43,258 nt of DNA, taken from IMG/VR virus record IMGVR_UViG_3300037424_000623, positions 1 through 43,258 of that record; one strand, 5' to 3'. A model generated the notes under the pieces. It saw only the letters and a program-made list of their open reading frames with translations, made no database searches and was not told the origin of the DNA. Source of the stretch: a virus (taxonomy: Duplodnaviria > Caudoviricetes). This document shows positions 26,074 to 33,121 of the stretch, in pieces (positions within the stretch are counted from its first letter, which is position 1; the number at the start of each line of letters is the position of its first letter). Both the position numbers and the translations under genes were made by a program.

Positions 26074-26274
26074 CTATATAGGAATTTCTTTTTTCCAATC
26101 AGCCTGGAGTTTCTTGGCTATTTTTTGGATAGTTTGAAAAGCCAAAACTTCCTTGGGATATAATGCCTCCATATCCATTTCACGGATGTTGCCAAGTATG
26201 AAACCGACGGTGCCTTTAGCCATGTTACGTTTATTGGCTAGTAAAGATCGTGGATGCATTAGAGATTTCTTCAT
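26074..26274 (-). CDS. Hypothetical protein
   Basis: 66 aa, ATGA overlap. Confidence 0.55.
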   Translation of the reverse strand: MKKSLMHPRSLLANKRNMAKGTVGFILGNIREMDMEALYPKEVLAFQTIQKIAKKLQADWKKEIPI

Positions 26275-26492
26275 TTTTCAGGCTCCAATTTTTGAAGTGC
26301 GACTACCATAACGCACCAAGTTTCATTGTCGTACGATAAGAAGGCCGAATTCGTGAGGATATGAATTGCATATTGATGCCTCAATTGATTGAGTTTCATC
26401 TGAATATCCTTCGGTAAGCCTTCGAGGATTTGGTACTCAGCGAGATTGATTAAATCTCCTGATTTACTCGCAATTTTGTTATCTTCCATCAT
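26271..26492 (-). CDS. Hypothetical protein
   Basis: Start at MMEDNK after GGAG, overlapping the upstream stop. Confidence 0.55.
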   Translation of the reverse strand: MMEDNKIASKSGDLINLAEYQILEGLPKDIQMKLNQLRHQYAIHILTNSAFLSYDNETWCVMVVALQKLEPEK

Positions 26493-27097
26493 TTTTTCTC
26501 CAAGCGAATAGGGTTGTTTGGGTCCCAGGTTTCTATGCACCAACGACGAATGTGCTTTTCATACCGAGGATCGATTTCGGAAAGTTCAATATGTACAGTT
26601 TCCTGGATATTTGGGTGCTTCTCGCTAGGCATAGTAGGGCCAGAATAGGTAATGTTTCTGCCTTGTACTTCTATGAAATACTGAGAGTCAAAAGCAAGAA
26701 AATCCCCTGTCGCTGCATCGATGCCGCATAGCATTGAAGGAGCAGGCGAGTCTTTTGGAAAGCCTGGCGCTCGTTGGACGGACCAGTTTTTTAGAATGCG
26801 GAAGACCTGAGATTTCAAGGGCACTTTGTTGCCCTTATACCAACGAAGGCCGAAAGCGCCGATAGCACAATCAGGAAAATTAGCTGCCTTTGGCGATTCG
26901 GCACGGATGATAAATCCATTGTTTGCCTCGTCAGTCCCGAATACATTAGGACGCCCTACCCTACAGGGATTATCAGGGTGGCCTATTCTATCAGCAGGCA
27001 AAATCTCCCACTCTCTGGCTTTTAAGATTGGCCAATCCCAATCTCTTGCCGGTAGCCCTTTAGATATCATGGCTATTGTAGTAAATAAGACATGCAT
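26489..27097 (-). CDS. Hypothetical protein
   Basis: 202 aa, GGAGG RBS. Confidence 0.65.
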   Translation of the reverse strand: MHVLFTTIAMISKGLPARDWDWPILKAREWEILPADRIGHPDNPCRVGRPNVFGTDEANNGFIIRAESPKAANFPDCAIGAFGLRWYKGNKVPLKSQVFRILKNWSVQRAPGFPKDSPAPSMLCGIDAATGDFLAFDSQYFIEVQGRNITYSGPTMPSEKHPNIQETVHIELSEIDPRYEKHIRRWCIETWDPNNPIRLEKK

Positions 27098-27107
27098 AGT
27101 TACCTCC

Positions 27108-27377
27108 TTAATTTGGCCCTTTCCAGCCGTTGCGATTAGCCCAATCGGTGAGAGAAGCTTCGGGAAAATAGTCCTCTGGCCGTCCGTCGCTTATCCCTTT
27201 TCGAATGTCGTCTTCGTCATACACATCAAAAACGCCAAGATTATCTTTAGCATAATTGGAAATCGCTTTGTCTGAGAATACGTCGCCTACACTAAAATTG
27301 TCATACACGTACTCTTGTAACTTATCCTGATCCAAGTCGGCTAGATCGATGTATATTGTAACTGTCTGTTTTGACAT
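27108..27377 (-). CDS. Acidic hypothetical protein
   Basis: Start MSKQTV (GAGGAG RBS); Asp-rich with internal DVFSD/DVYDE/DYFPE pseudo-repeats. Confidence 0.6.
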   Translation of the reverse strand: MSKQTVTIYIDLADLDQDKLQEYVYDNFSVGDVFSDKAISNYAKDNLGVFDVYDEDDIRKGISDGRPEDYFPEASLTDWANRNGWKGPN

Positions 27378-27379
27378 AG

Positions 27380-27661
27380 CTATGTCTCCTCGAAATAATC
27401 CACAATCTCCCACCCTTCGACAGGAGCCAGTTTTAAAAAAGGGCCCTTGCGATTACCAAACATGGCAGTAGGAAGGGATTTGCATTCTTTTACAATCTCC
27501 AGTCTCCCGGCAGCGACGGATTTTAGTGCCTGGCCGAAATTTCGACAATAGGCAAAATTGGTTCCGGTGTAAGATTGGCCATGTAAATGGCGTGTGGAAA
27601 TAAACACCGTGGTGATCAATGCACGACGGCCAGATTCTTTGTGTTGAATTACGATAGACAT
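27380..27661 (-). CDS. Hypothetical protein
   Basis: Start MSIVIQH after GGGAG. Confidence 0.55.
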   Translation of the reverse strand: MSIVIQHKESGRRALITTVFISTRHLHGQSYTGTNFAYCRNFGQALKSVAAGRLEIVKECKSLPTAMFGNRKGPFLKLAPVEGWEIVDYFEET

Positions 27662-27778
27662 TTTTTGTCTCCCAATTAGAGTTTTAGAAAATGGCGGTTG
27701 GAAAATAACCACCAGAAAAGACACTCCGAAGAATGTCTTAAGTGCTGGTTACTTAGAATACTAACACTTGATGCACGA

Positions 27779-28264
27779 TTAATCTCCTAAAAGTTTATTA
27801 CTTAGATAAGTTCGATATTTCTCATAAACATCTTTAGAACTAGAAACATTATACATATAAGCCGAAGCTCCAAAGAATTGAGGCTCGACTTTTGTAAGGT
27901 CCTCTACATTTTTAGAAAGCCAACCTGCAGCAAGTTTAAGCCAGTTCAGCAATGTAACGTGACAAGCCTGAGGCTTGTCGGAGATCTTTGCATATTCGGT
28001 GCAGAGTTCTAGGGTATAATCCACAGTCCATAGAAGGTTCGCTAGTGACTCCCGAACCCACTTTGCGCATGGATGCAGCCTATGAGCCGTCACTTTATAA
28101 GGCGCACCGGTGAATTTATAAAGCTGCGGCAGGCCAAAGAAATCTGCGGCAATTGCGATCATCTGAGTAGACTCGACAATTTGCTTCCTTGCTCGTTGCT
28201 GGTCGCAGGAGAAGAAGTATTGAGCAGACTTCTTCAGGTCTGCATCGAAGACGAAAATATTCAT
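27779..28264 (-). CDS. Pyrimidine dimer DNA glycosylase (endonuclease V-like family)
   Basis: MNIFVFD...KQIVESTQM...YKVTAHRLHPCAKWVRESLAN..W...L..EY motif set. Confidence 0.8.
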   Translation of the reverse strand: MNIFVFDADLKKSAQYFFSCDQQRARKQIVESTQMIAIAADFFGLPQLYKFTGAPYKVTAHRLHPCAKWVRESLANLLWTVDYTLELCTEYAKISDKPQACHVTLLNWLKLAAGWLSKNVEDLTKVEPQFFGASAYMYNVSSSKDVYEKYRTYLSNKLLGD

Positions 28265-28266
28265 AG

Positions 28267-28614
28267 TTATCCTTTATGTATAGGAAGATTTGCAATTTGC
28301 AGGGCTAGAGCTTTACGCTCTTCTGGTGATTCTGTATTTCGCCACTTATAATATAGCCCATCCGATTCATTACACATATACTGACATTCCTTCCTATCCA
28401 GACCAGCAGCTTCTTCAGGCCATATAAATGGACAGAATGCACAGTCTGAAGTGAATTCAATTTTCCCTTTCTCATAATCATAATGACAGGCAAAACAATC
28501 ACTTAGTACTCCTGAGAGCTTAGGTTTTATACTAACTCCAGTCTCCGCCAATTCTCGCCACATCTTTCTATGCAATCGAACGGCTTCATTTTTTGTAAAC
28601 GTGAGTTTTTTCAT
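28267..28614 (-). CDS. Cys-rich hypothetical protein A
   Basis: EAVRLHRKMWREL...CFAC...CAFCP...C...C. Confidence 0.65.
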   Translation of the reverse strand: MKKLTFTKNEAVRLHRKMWRELAETGVSIKPKLSGVLSDCFACHYDYEKGKIEFTSDCAFCPFIWPEEAAGLDRKECQYMCNESDGLYYKWRNTESPEERKALALQIANLPIHKG

Positions 28615-28940
28615 TTCGAGCTCGCATGTGTAGCGTGCCATCTTTTTAGCTCACGTTTAAAATCTCCTAATGGCAGGACAGGATCTCCTGGCTTATAGGG
28701 AAGAAGTTCATTTTCCGGAACGTTAGCTAGTGAATAACCATGAATGCTATAGGTAAATCTCGATTTTATCCTAGCAGGCTGAGTCTCGCCTTCGCTAGGA
28801 GTAAAAAATAGTTCTCTTCCTGTACGGGAACGAATCGCCTTTATCTTCCCGACGAATATCTCACGATATGAGGGATTTGCTGACATCTCGTTATAAAGCA
28901 TAACGAGATCATCTATTTTAAATAATGGTATAGTTTTCAT
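28611..28940 (-). CDS. Hypothetical protein
   Basis: Start MKTIPLFK after AAGGAG. Confidence 0.6.
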   Translation of the reverse strand: MKTIPLFKIDDLVMLYNEMSANPSYREIFVGKIKAIRSRTGRELFFTPSEGETQPARIKSRFTYSIHGYSLANVPENELLPYKPGDPVLPLGDFKRELKRWHATHASSK

Positions 28941-28957
28941 TTTCGAGCTCCTTATAT

Positions 28958-28974
28958 TGTCCAATGGATGGACA
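28958..28974. promoter_or_regulatory. Palindrome TGTCCA-N5-TGGACA, copy 4 (intergenic, next to an RBS)
   Basis: ttgtccaatggatggacaa. Confidence 0.75.
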
Positions 28975-29092
28975 AAGTGAGAGGTTTAGATTATGGTTTC
29001 TCCCGTGTTTCTCCCAAAGAAAGATTAACGGCTAGACTCTACCAACCAAGATTGATGGGTAGAAGCAGGCCGTTAAGCCTGCGACGCGAGTT

Positions 29093-29260
29093 TTACCAAC
29101 TTTGAGGAGTTGGGATTCCTTTGCAGTGGCGCGTGACGATATTACGAGTTTGTTTTTGGTGCATGAGATAACGAGAAGGAAAAAGGTGCATGCAAATTGC
29201 TGTTACTGTAAAGCCCGCTCGACGTAAGGCGTGGATTTCTTGAATTTTGTGTTTAGTCAT
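29093..29260 (-). CDS. Small basic protein, possible HTH
   Basis: MTKHKIQEIHALRRAGFTVTAIC; ATGA overlap. Confidence 0.5.
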   Translation of the reverse strand: MTKHKIQEIHALRRAGFTVTAICMHLFPSRYLMHQKQTRNIVTRHCKGIPTPQSW

Positions 29261-29643
29261 TTTTGTCCTTGGGATAAGAGTTCTCTTCTTCGAGTTTTCA
29301 TGACGCGGAGCATTCGATTTGCTGCGCGGAGTTTGAAAATTCGAGGGACTTCTGAAGATATTAGGATCTGATATTGATTGTTGTCGTCTATATTGCATGT
29401 GCCACAGTCTCGAGAGATGCAACATTCGGAGCAATCAACTTTGTGCATGCATGGATCATAGAAGAATTCGCATAGATAGCAGTGCCAAGTACAATTGGCT
29501 ACATTGGGATCTATTTCAGCCTTCATAATTCGTAGTTCATATTCACACAAGTCGACAGTGTCCGTTTCTGAAAGCTGGGAGATCTTGGTTACTAGGGATT
29601 CCCATAAGATTATGGATTTTTCTACTGCTTCGAGTTCAGTCAT
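29257..29643 (-). CDS. Cys-rich hypothetical protein B
   Basis: Start MTELEAVEKSIILWESL (AGGAGG RBS)...CYLC...CSECC...C. Confidence 0.65.
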   Translation of the reverse strand: MTELEAVEKSIILWESLVTKISQLSETDTVDLCEYELRIMKAEIDPNVANCTWHCYLCEFFYDPCMHKVDCSECCISRDCGTCNIDDNNQYQILISSEVPRIFKLRAANRMLRVMKTRRRELLSQGQK

Positions 29644-29645
29644 GG

Positions 29646-29873
29646 CTAGGCTCCTCCTTTTGTGCCGAGAATGGAATCGATCCAGTCCATGCACGAGTTC
29701 CAATCATGGAGCATGGCTTCGGCAGGAAACTGATAGCGTGTGTCGCAGCCGAGCTCCTTTATAGCTTGGACCACAGCTTCGGAGTCAGGCTTTTTATACA
29801 TTCCTGTGTACTCATTGAAAGAATATTCGCGGATTGCCGCTGCGTGTTTGAGAACTTGGGCAAGTAATTTCAT
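29646..29873 (-). CDS. Hypothetical protein
   Basis: Start MKLLAQV after AGGAG. Confidence 0.6.
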   Translation of the reverse strand: MKLLAQVLKHAAAIREYSFNEYTGMYKKPDSEAVVQAIKELGCDTRYQFPAEAMLHDWNSCMDWIDSILGTKGGA

Positions 29874-29880
29874 AAATCTC

Positions 29881-30109
29881 CTACTTGGTTGGATCAATCT
29901 TTGCATGTTGCGGAAGATGCACATCGATGTTGTGCAGGATCAGCTTTTTATAAGCGTAGCCCTTACCACGGCGCCATTTTGACAGTTGCCGTGGTCGTGG
30001 GTTTGATGTTTAGTTTTTCACAAGTGTCCTTGAAATGTGAATCGTGGCGTAAAAGTTCTGCGAGGGGCAAAACTTTGCGTAAAACCGCGCGCGGTGATTT
30101 TTGATGCAT
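29881..30109 (-). pseudogene. Small ORF with apparent +1 frameshift near 29995
   Basis: MHQKSPR...NIKPT continues one base later as PRQLSKWRRGKGYAYKK...PTK*, whose TAG overlaps the next gene's RBS. Confidence 0.45.
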
Positions 30110-30209
30110 GCTAATCTCCCAAAGAATTTAAATCGTCTCATTATAGACTGAAACAAATCGCACGATTGAGACGAGCGGAAGCGTGCGATTTATTATGGTC
30201 TATAAACGC

Positions 30210-30242
30210 AAAAAGCCCCACAAGCTAGGCTTGCAGGGGCTT
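30210..30242 (-). terminator. Intrinsic terminator after the first early gene
   Basis: The - strand reads AAGCCCCTGCAAGCCTAGCTTGTGGGGCTTTTT: a GC stem followed by a U tract. Confidence 0.65.
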
Positions 30243-30272
30243 CGAAGGTTGCGGGAAAAAACCTTTGGTTTT

Positions 30273-30890
30273 TTAATCAAATAAATCGTCCAGGTTGTCG
30301 GAAGTATCGGCAAGCTGTTTTTCCAAGCTTTCACGCTTGGCTTGCAGATCTAACAGGATTGCTTTGGCTGCTTTTGCTTCTTGTGAGCCACGAACGATCT
30401 TGCCGGACTTGACCTTTTCGATCAAAGATCCGATAGATTTGATGGTTTCGGCAAGTTGGCTTTCCAAGCTTTTTGGCTTGGAGACCTTACCTTCCCAACA
30501 CCAAGAAAACATGCGGGTTTTTAGTTCTTGGAGTTTTGCCAAGTCTTTCGACAAGCGAGCCGCATATGCTGTATAGTCGCCACGGACGTCTTCGACTTTT
30601 TCGCCGTATATTTCGGCGATTGTCGACCGAAGTGCGTCAGCAGCTTTGATTCGAATCGAATGTTCGATCAGCGTGCGAAGCGCATCGGAACCTTTGGTCC
30701 AGCTTTGAAAGACGTCGTGCTTTTGGGCATGCATGTTGATTTGAAAGTCGAACAATTTGCACACGTTCACGGCAATATATGTCGATTCGGTCCGTGCATC
30801 TTTCGGGACGTCGGCAGAAGTTGCAGGGAAAGTGTAAGGCGTGGTCTCTGTATCTTGCGTGGAATCGTCGATGTAGGTTTCTTTTGTCAT
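30273..30890 (-). CDS. Hypothetical protein (first gene of the - strand arm)
   Basis: Start MTKETY after GGGAG; coiled-coil C-terminus ending LDDLFD. Confidence 0.7.
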   Translation of the reverse strand: MTKETYIDDSTQDTETTPYTFPATSADVPKDARTESTYIAVNVCKLFDFQINMHAQKHDVFQSWTKGSDALRTLIEHSIRIKAADALRSTIAEIYGEKVEDVRGDYTAYAARLSKDLAKLQELKTRMFSWCWEGKVSKPKSLESQLAETIKSIGSLIEKVKSGKIVRGSQEAKAAKAILLDLQAKRESLEKQLADTSDNLDDLFD

Positions 30891-31008
30891 GATAATTTCT
30901 CCCAAAGATACGGCCATTTTGGCCGTGTGATTTATTTTTCAATGAGCAAAGATTCGCGGGACGTGTTCCGCATGCTGCGAAGCATGTCACGTGAATATGA
31001 ATATATGT

Positions 31009-31024
31009 TGCATAATGGGTGCCA
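31009..31024 (-). promoter_or_regulatory. Sigma54-type -24/-12 motif
   Basis: TGGCAC-CCATT-ATGCA facing the early arm. Confidence 0.6.
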
Positions 31025-31067
31025 CGGGACATAAAAACGGTAAACGGTTGATTTTACAGGGGATTTT

Positions 31068-31290
31068 TGATGGCGCTGCCCAGGCGACGGGCAAAAAGTG
31101 TCAGGTTTCTTTACAGGTTTTTGTTGTGATTTTGATAACAAATGCCGTGATGGCGCTGCCCAGGCCGATCCGGGAGGTGTCAGGTTTCTTTCCATGGGTG
31201 TCAGGTTTTTTTACGGTAATTTTTGTCGTTTGGGTAATTTTTGCTCGTTCGGTGTAATGCACCGGGCGTGCCAAATTTACAGGTTTTTGT
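31068..31290 (+). repeat. Cluster of direct repeats
   Basis: TGATGGCGCTGCCCAGGC at 31068 and 31148; GTGTCAGGTTTYTTT at 31098, 31177 and 31198; TTTACAGGTTTTTGT at 31110 and 31276. Confidence 0.85.
31258..31273 (-). promoter_or_regulatory. Sigma54-type -24/-12 motif
   Basis: TGGCAC-GCCCG-GTGCA. Confidence 0.55.
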
Positions 31291-31464
31291 AAATAGCTTT
31301 TAATGGGCCAAAGGATTAACGAACCGAAAATAAATATTGCGGTATCAGGTTTGTGGTGTTTGGGTGTTGTGGGGCTATTTTGACGGGTTTATGAATGGAT
31401 TTTACCCTGTGCTTTAATTTGCCATTATTTGACCCGTGAGTCAACCGCAAATTTGCACTTTTCG

Positions 31465-31724
31465 TGTAAGTCTTTGATATTATTGGTGACTTTTCTAGTC
31501 TTTATGGCTGAAAGTCAGCTAGTCTAGCAAAGGTGTTCTTTTGTTCACCAATGGCCTATTATGGCTTATTATGTGCATATAGTGTGTTGGTATGTGTTGG
31601 TATTTGTTTATATTTATTTTTTTTTTTTCGAACAAGTTTAAACATTTTTTGTTCCACCCCCCTAGACTAGCTGATTTTTTGACTCAAAGACTGCGAAAGT
31701 CACCAATAATATCAAGCACTTACA
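31465..31724. repeat. 63-bp imperfect inverted repeat, each arm carrying an IHF consensus
   Basis: Arms 31465-31527 and 31662-31724. WATCAANNNNTTR matches: TATCAAAGACTTA (-, 31467-31479) and TATCAAGCACTTA (+, 31710-31722). Confidence 0.85.
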
Positions 31725-31907
31725 GAATATTTTCATTTGTTTAAACTTGTTTTCATAATAGCGACATACCGTGAAATTTGTTTGTACACGGCGCCTACGG
31801 CTTGTAGCTACGTCGTAAAAACCGTGCCAAAATCGACATTCGGTCGAAAATAAATTGGAATTTCCACCCAAATAATTCGATATTCATTTTGCGCTTCTGC
31901 GAAGCGC

Positions 31908-31923
31908 TGGCACGAATCTTGCA
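31908..31923 (+). promoter_or_regulatory. Sigma54-type -24/-12 motif (consensus)
   Basis: TGGCAC-GAATC-TTGCA facing the late arm. Confidence 0.7.
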
Positions 31924-31966
31924 ACAAAGCATGTAGGTTGTGTTTTTTCTCGCATGTTGCGACTTA

Positions 31967-31982
31967 TGGCACATATCTTGCG
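31967..31982 (+). promoter_or_regulatory. Sigma54-type -24/-12 motif
   Basis: TGGCAC-ATATC-TTGCG. Confidence 0.6.
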
Positions 31983-32223
31983 CCCTATCCCCCCGCAACC
32001 TACCCTAGCACGCTTCTTACAATTCCAAAACCTATGCCAAACATATCCAAATTTTCCTATCTTTCGCCGATCGATGGCCCCCCTTTTCAGGTCGATCGCT
32101 TAGTATCTAGGACCACTTTTACACTCCCAGAAAAATTTTACTCTCTGGGCAGAAAAACCAAAAATAAGGCAACCTCAGTCTTCGCCTGAGATCGCTTATT
32201 CACTCTATAAGACAACTAAAACC

Positions 32224-32439
32224 ATGACTCCACAAGACTTCCACGACCTACTAATCCAAGGCTCATCTCCCCGCCTTCGCTTGGGAGTCTCACAACTACG
32301 TCTCGCCAGGGCTTCGAAAGACTATCTTGTTCCCTCTCCAACAAGAGTGACTTCAATATCTCTCGAGGTCCTGGCAACCTTGGTCTTCTACGATTCGCGA
32401 AATAAGACGGAATGTCCGTCGGTTGGACAAAATGAGTGA
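32224..32439 (+). CDS. Hypothetical protein
   Basis: 71 aa, stop overlaps the TerS start; no clear RBS. Confidence 0.35.
   Translation: MTPQDFHDLLIQGSSPRLRLGVSQLRLARASKDYLVPSPTRVTSISLEVLATLVFYDSRNKTECPSVGQNE
32413..32429. promoter_or_regulatory. Palindrome variant TGTCCG-N5-TGGACA just before the TerS ATG
   Basis: tgtccgtcggttggaca, one mismatch. Confidence 0.6.
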
Positions 32440-33121
32440 TTTTACGCCAATTCAAGAGGGCGAGCTGTTAGTCGCTAGACTAACAATGTTGTTGCCTGAT
32501 ACAATGATGATGCTTACGGGAGGAAGTTTTTTCGATATGCTTCCCCTGGTTTCAGGTGTGAAGCGGGGAGCTAAGAGGCAGTTCGATGGTGGGTATACCA
32601 AGTCGATTCGTTATACGCAGCAGGAGATTGCAGATAATCCGATACTGGCTCTGTCGCCGGAGGAGTATCGGACATTGCGTCTACATATGCAAGGACTTGG
32701 AAGGCGGGAGCTTGCGGGGATTTTAGGAATTACAGAAGTGGCCGTGGGTCTGCGCCTGCAGAAGCATCGGGTGAAGGCGGCAAAGGCTCGATTGCTTAAT
32801 GAGGCAGATGAGGATCTATCGTCGCTCGTCGGGGAGGCCCTTGATGTTTATAGGAAGGGACTTAAGGCTTCAGACATCGAGACCCGGATGAAGGCAGCAG
32901 ATCGAATTTTTAAGGCTAATGGTAAGGGGCAAGATAAGGTTAAAGATTCGGGAGACTCTAATATGTCTCCAGCGCAATTCATGCATACTCTTTTACAAAA
33001 CTTTGAGACGCATATTAACGTAGATGTCAAACCTATTGACTATGAGCGGCCTGCCCAAAAGTCCTTGGATGGGTACAGCGGAAGGTGCATTAATGGAGAC
33101 GATATTACGGATTGCGAATAA
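32432..33121 (+). CDS. Putative terminase small subunit (HTH)
   Basis: LSPEEYRTLRLHMQGLGRRELAGILGITEVAV HTH; RMKAADRIF; immediately upstream of TerL. Start uncertain. Confidence 0.65.
   Translation: MSDFTPIQEGELLVARLTMLLPDTMMMLTGGSFFDMLPLVSGVKRGAKRQFDGGYTKSIRYTQQEIADNPILALSPEEYRTLRLHMQGLGRRELAGILGITEVAVGLRLQKHRVKAAKARLLNEADEDLSSLVGEALDVYRKGLKASDIETRMKAADRIFKANGKGQDKVKDSGDSNMSPAQFMHTLLQNFETHINVDVKPIDYERPAQKSLDGYSGRCINGDDITDCE

Noticed and set aside
10765-30890. Integrase, CI repressor, PurZ or 7-deazaguanine pathway genes
   Set aside because: No matching motifs found, so lifestyle and base modification cannot be claimed.
29010-30908. TCTCCCAAAGA three times (29010, 30115, 30898)
   Set aside because: On the - strand it contains the GGGAGA Shine-Dalgarno sequence and two copies precede start codons, so it is mostly explained as RBS reuse.
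31068-31212. Repeats as a possible mini-CRISPR array, given the Cas4-like gene
   Set aside because: Only 2-3 short copies with related intervening sequence; the nuclease sits in a standard recombination module.
30920-32220. Searched the large non-coding region for a DGR template repeat, and considered its short ORFs
   Set aside because: No AAY-rich copy of the VR seen on either strand by eye; the ORFs overlap repeats and promoter motifs and lack RBSs.
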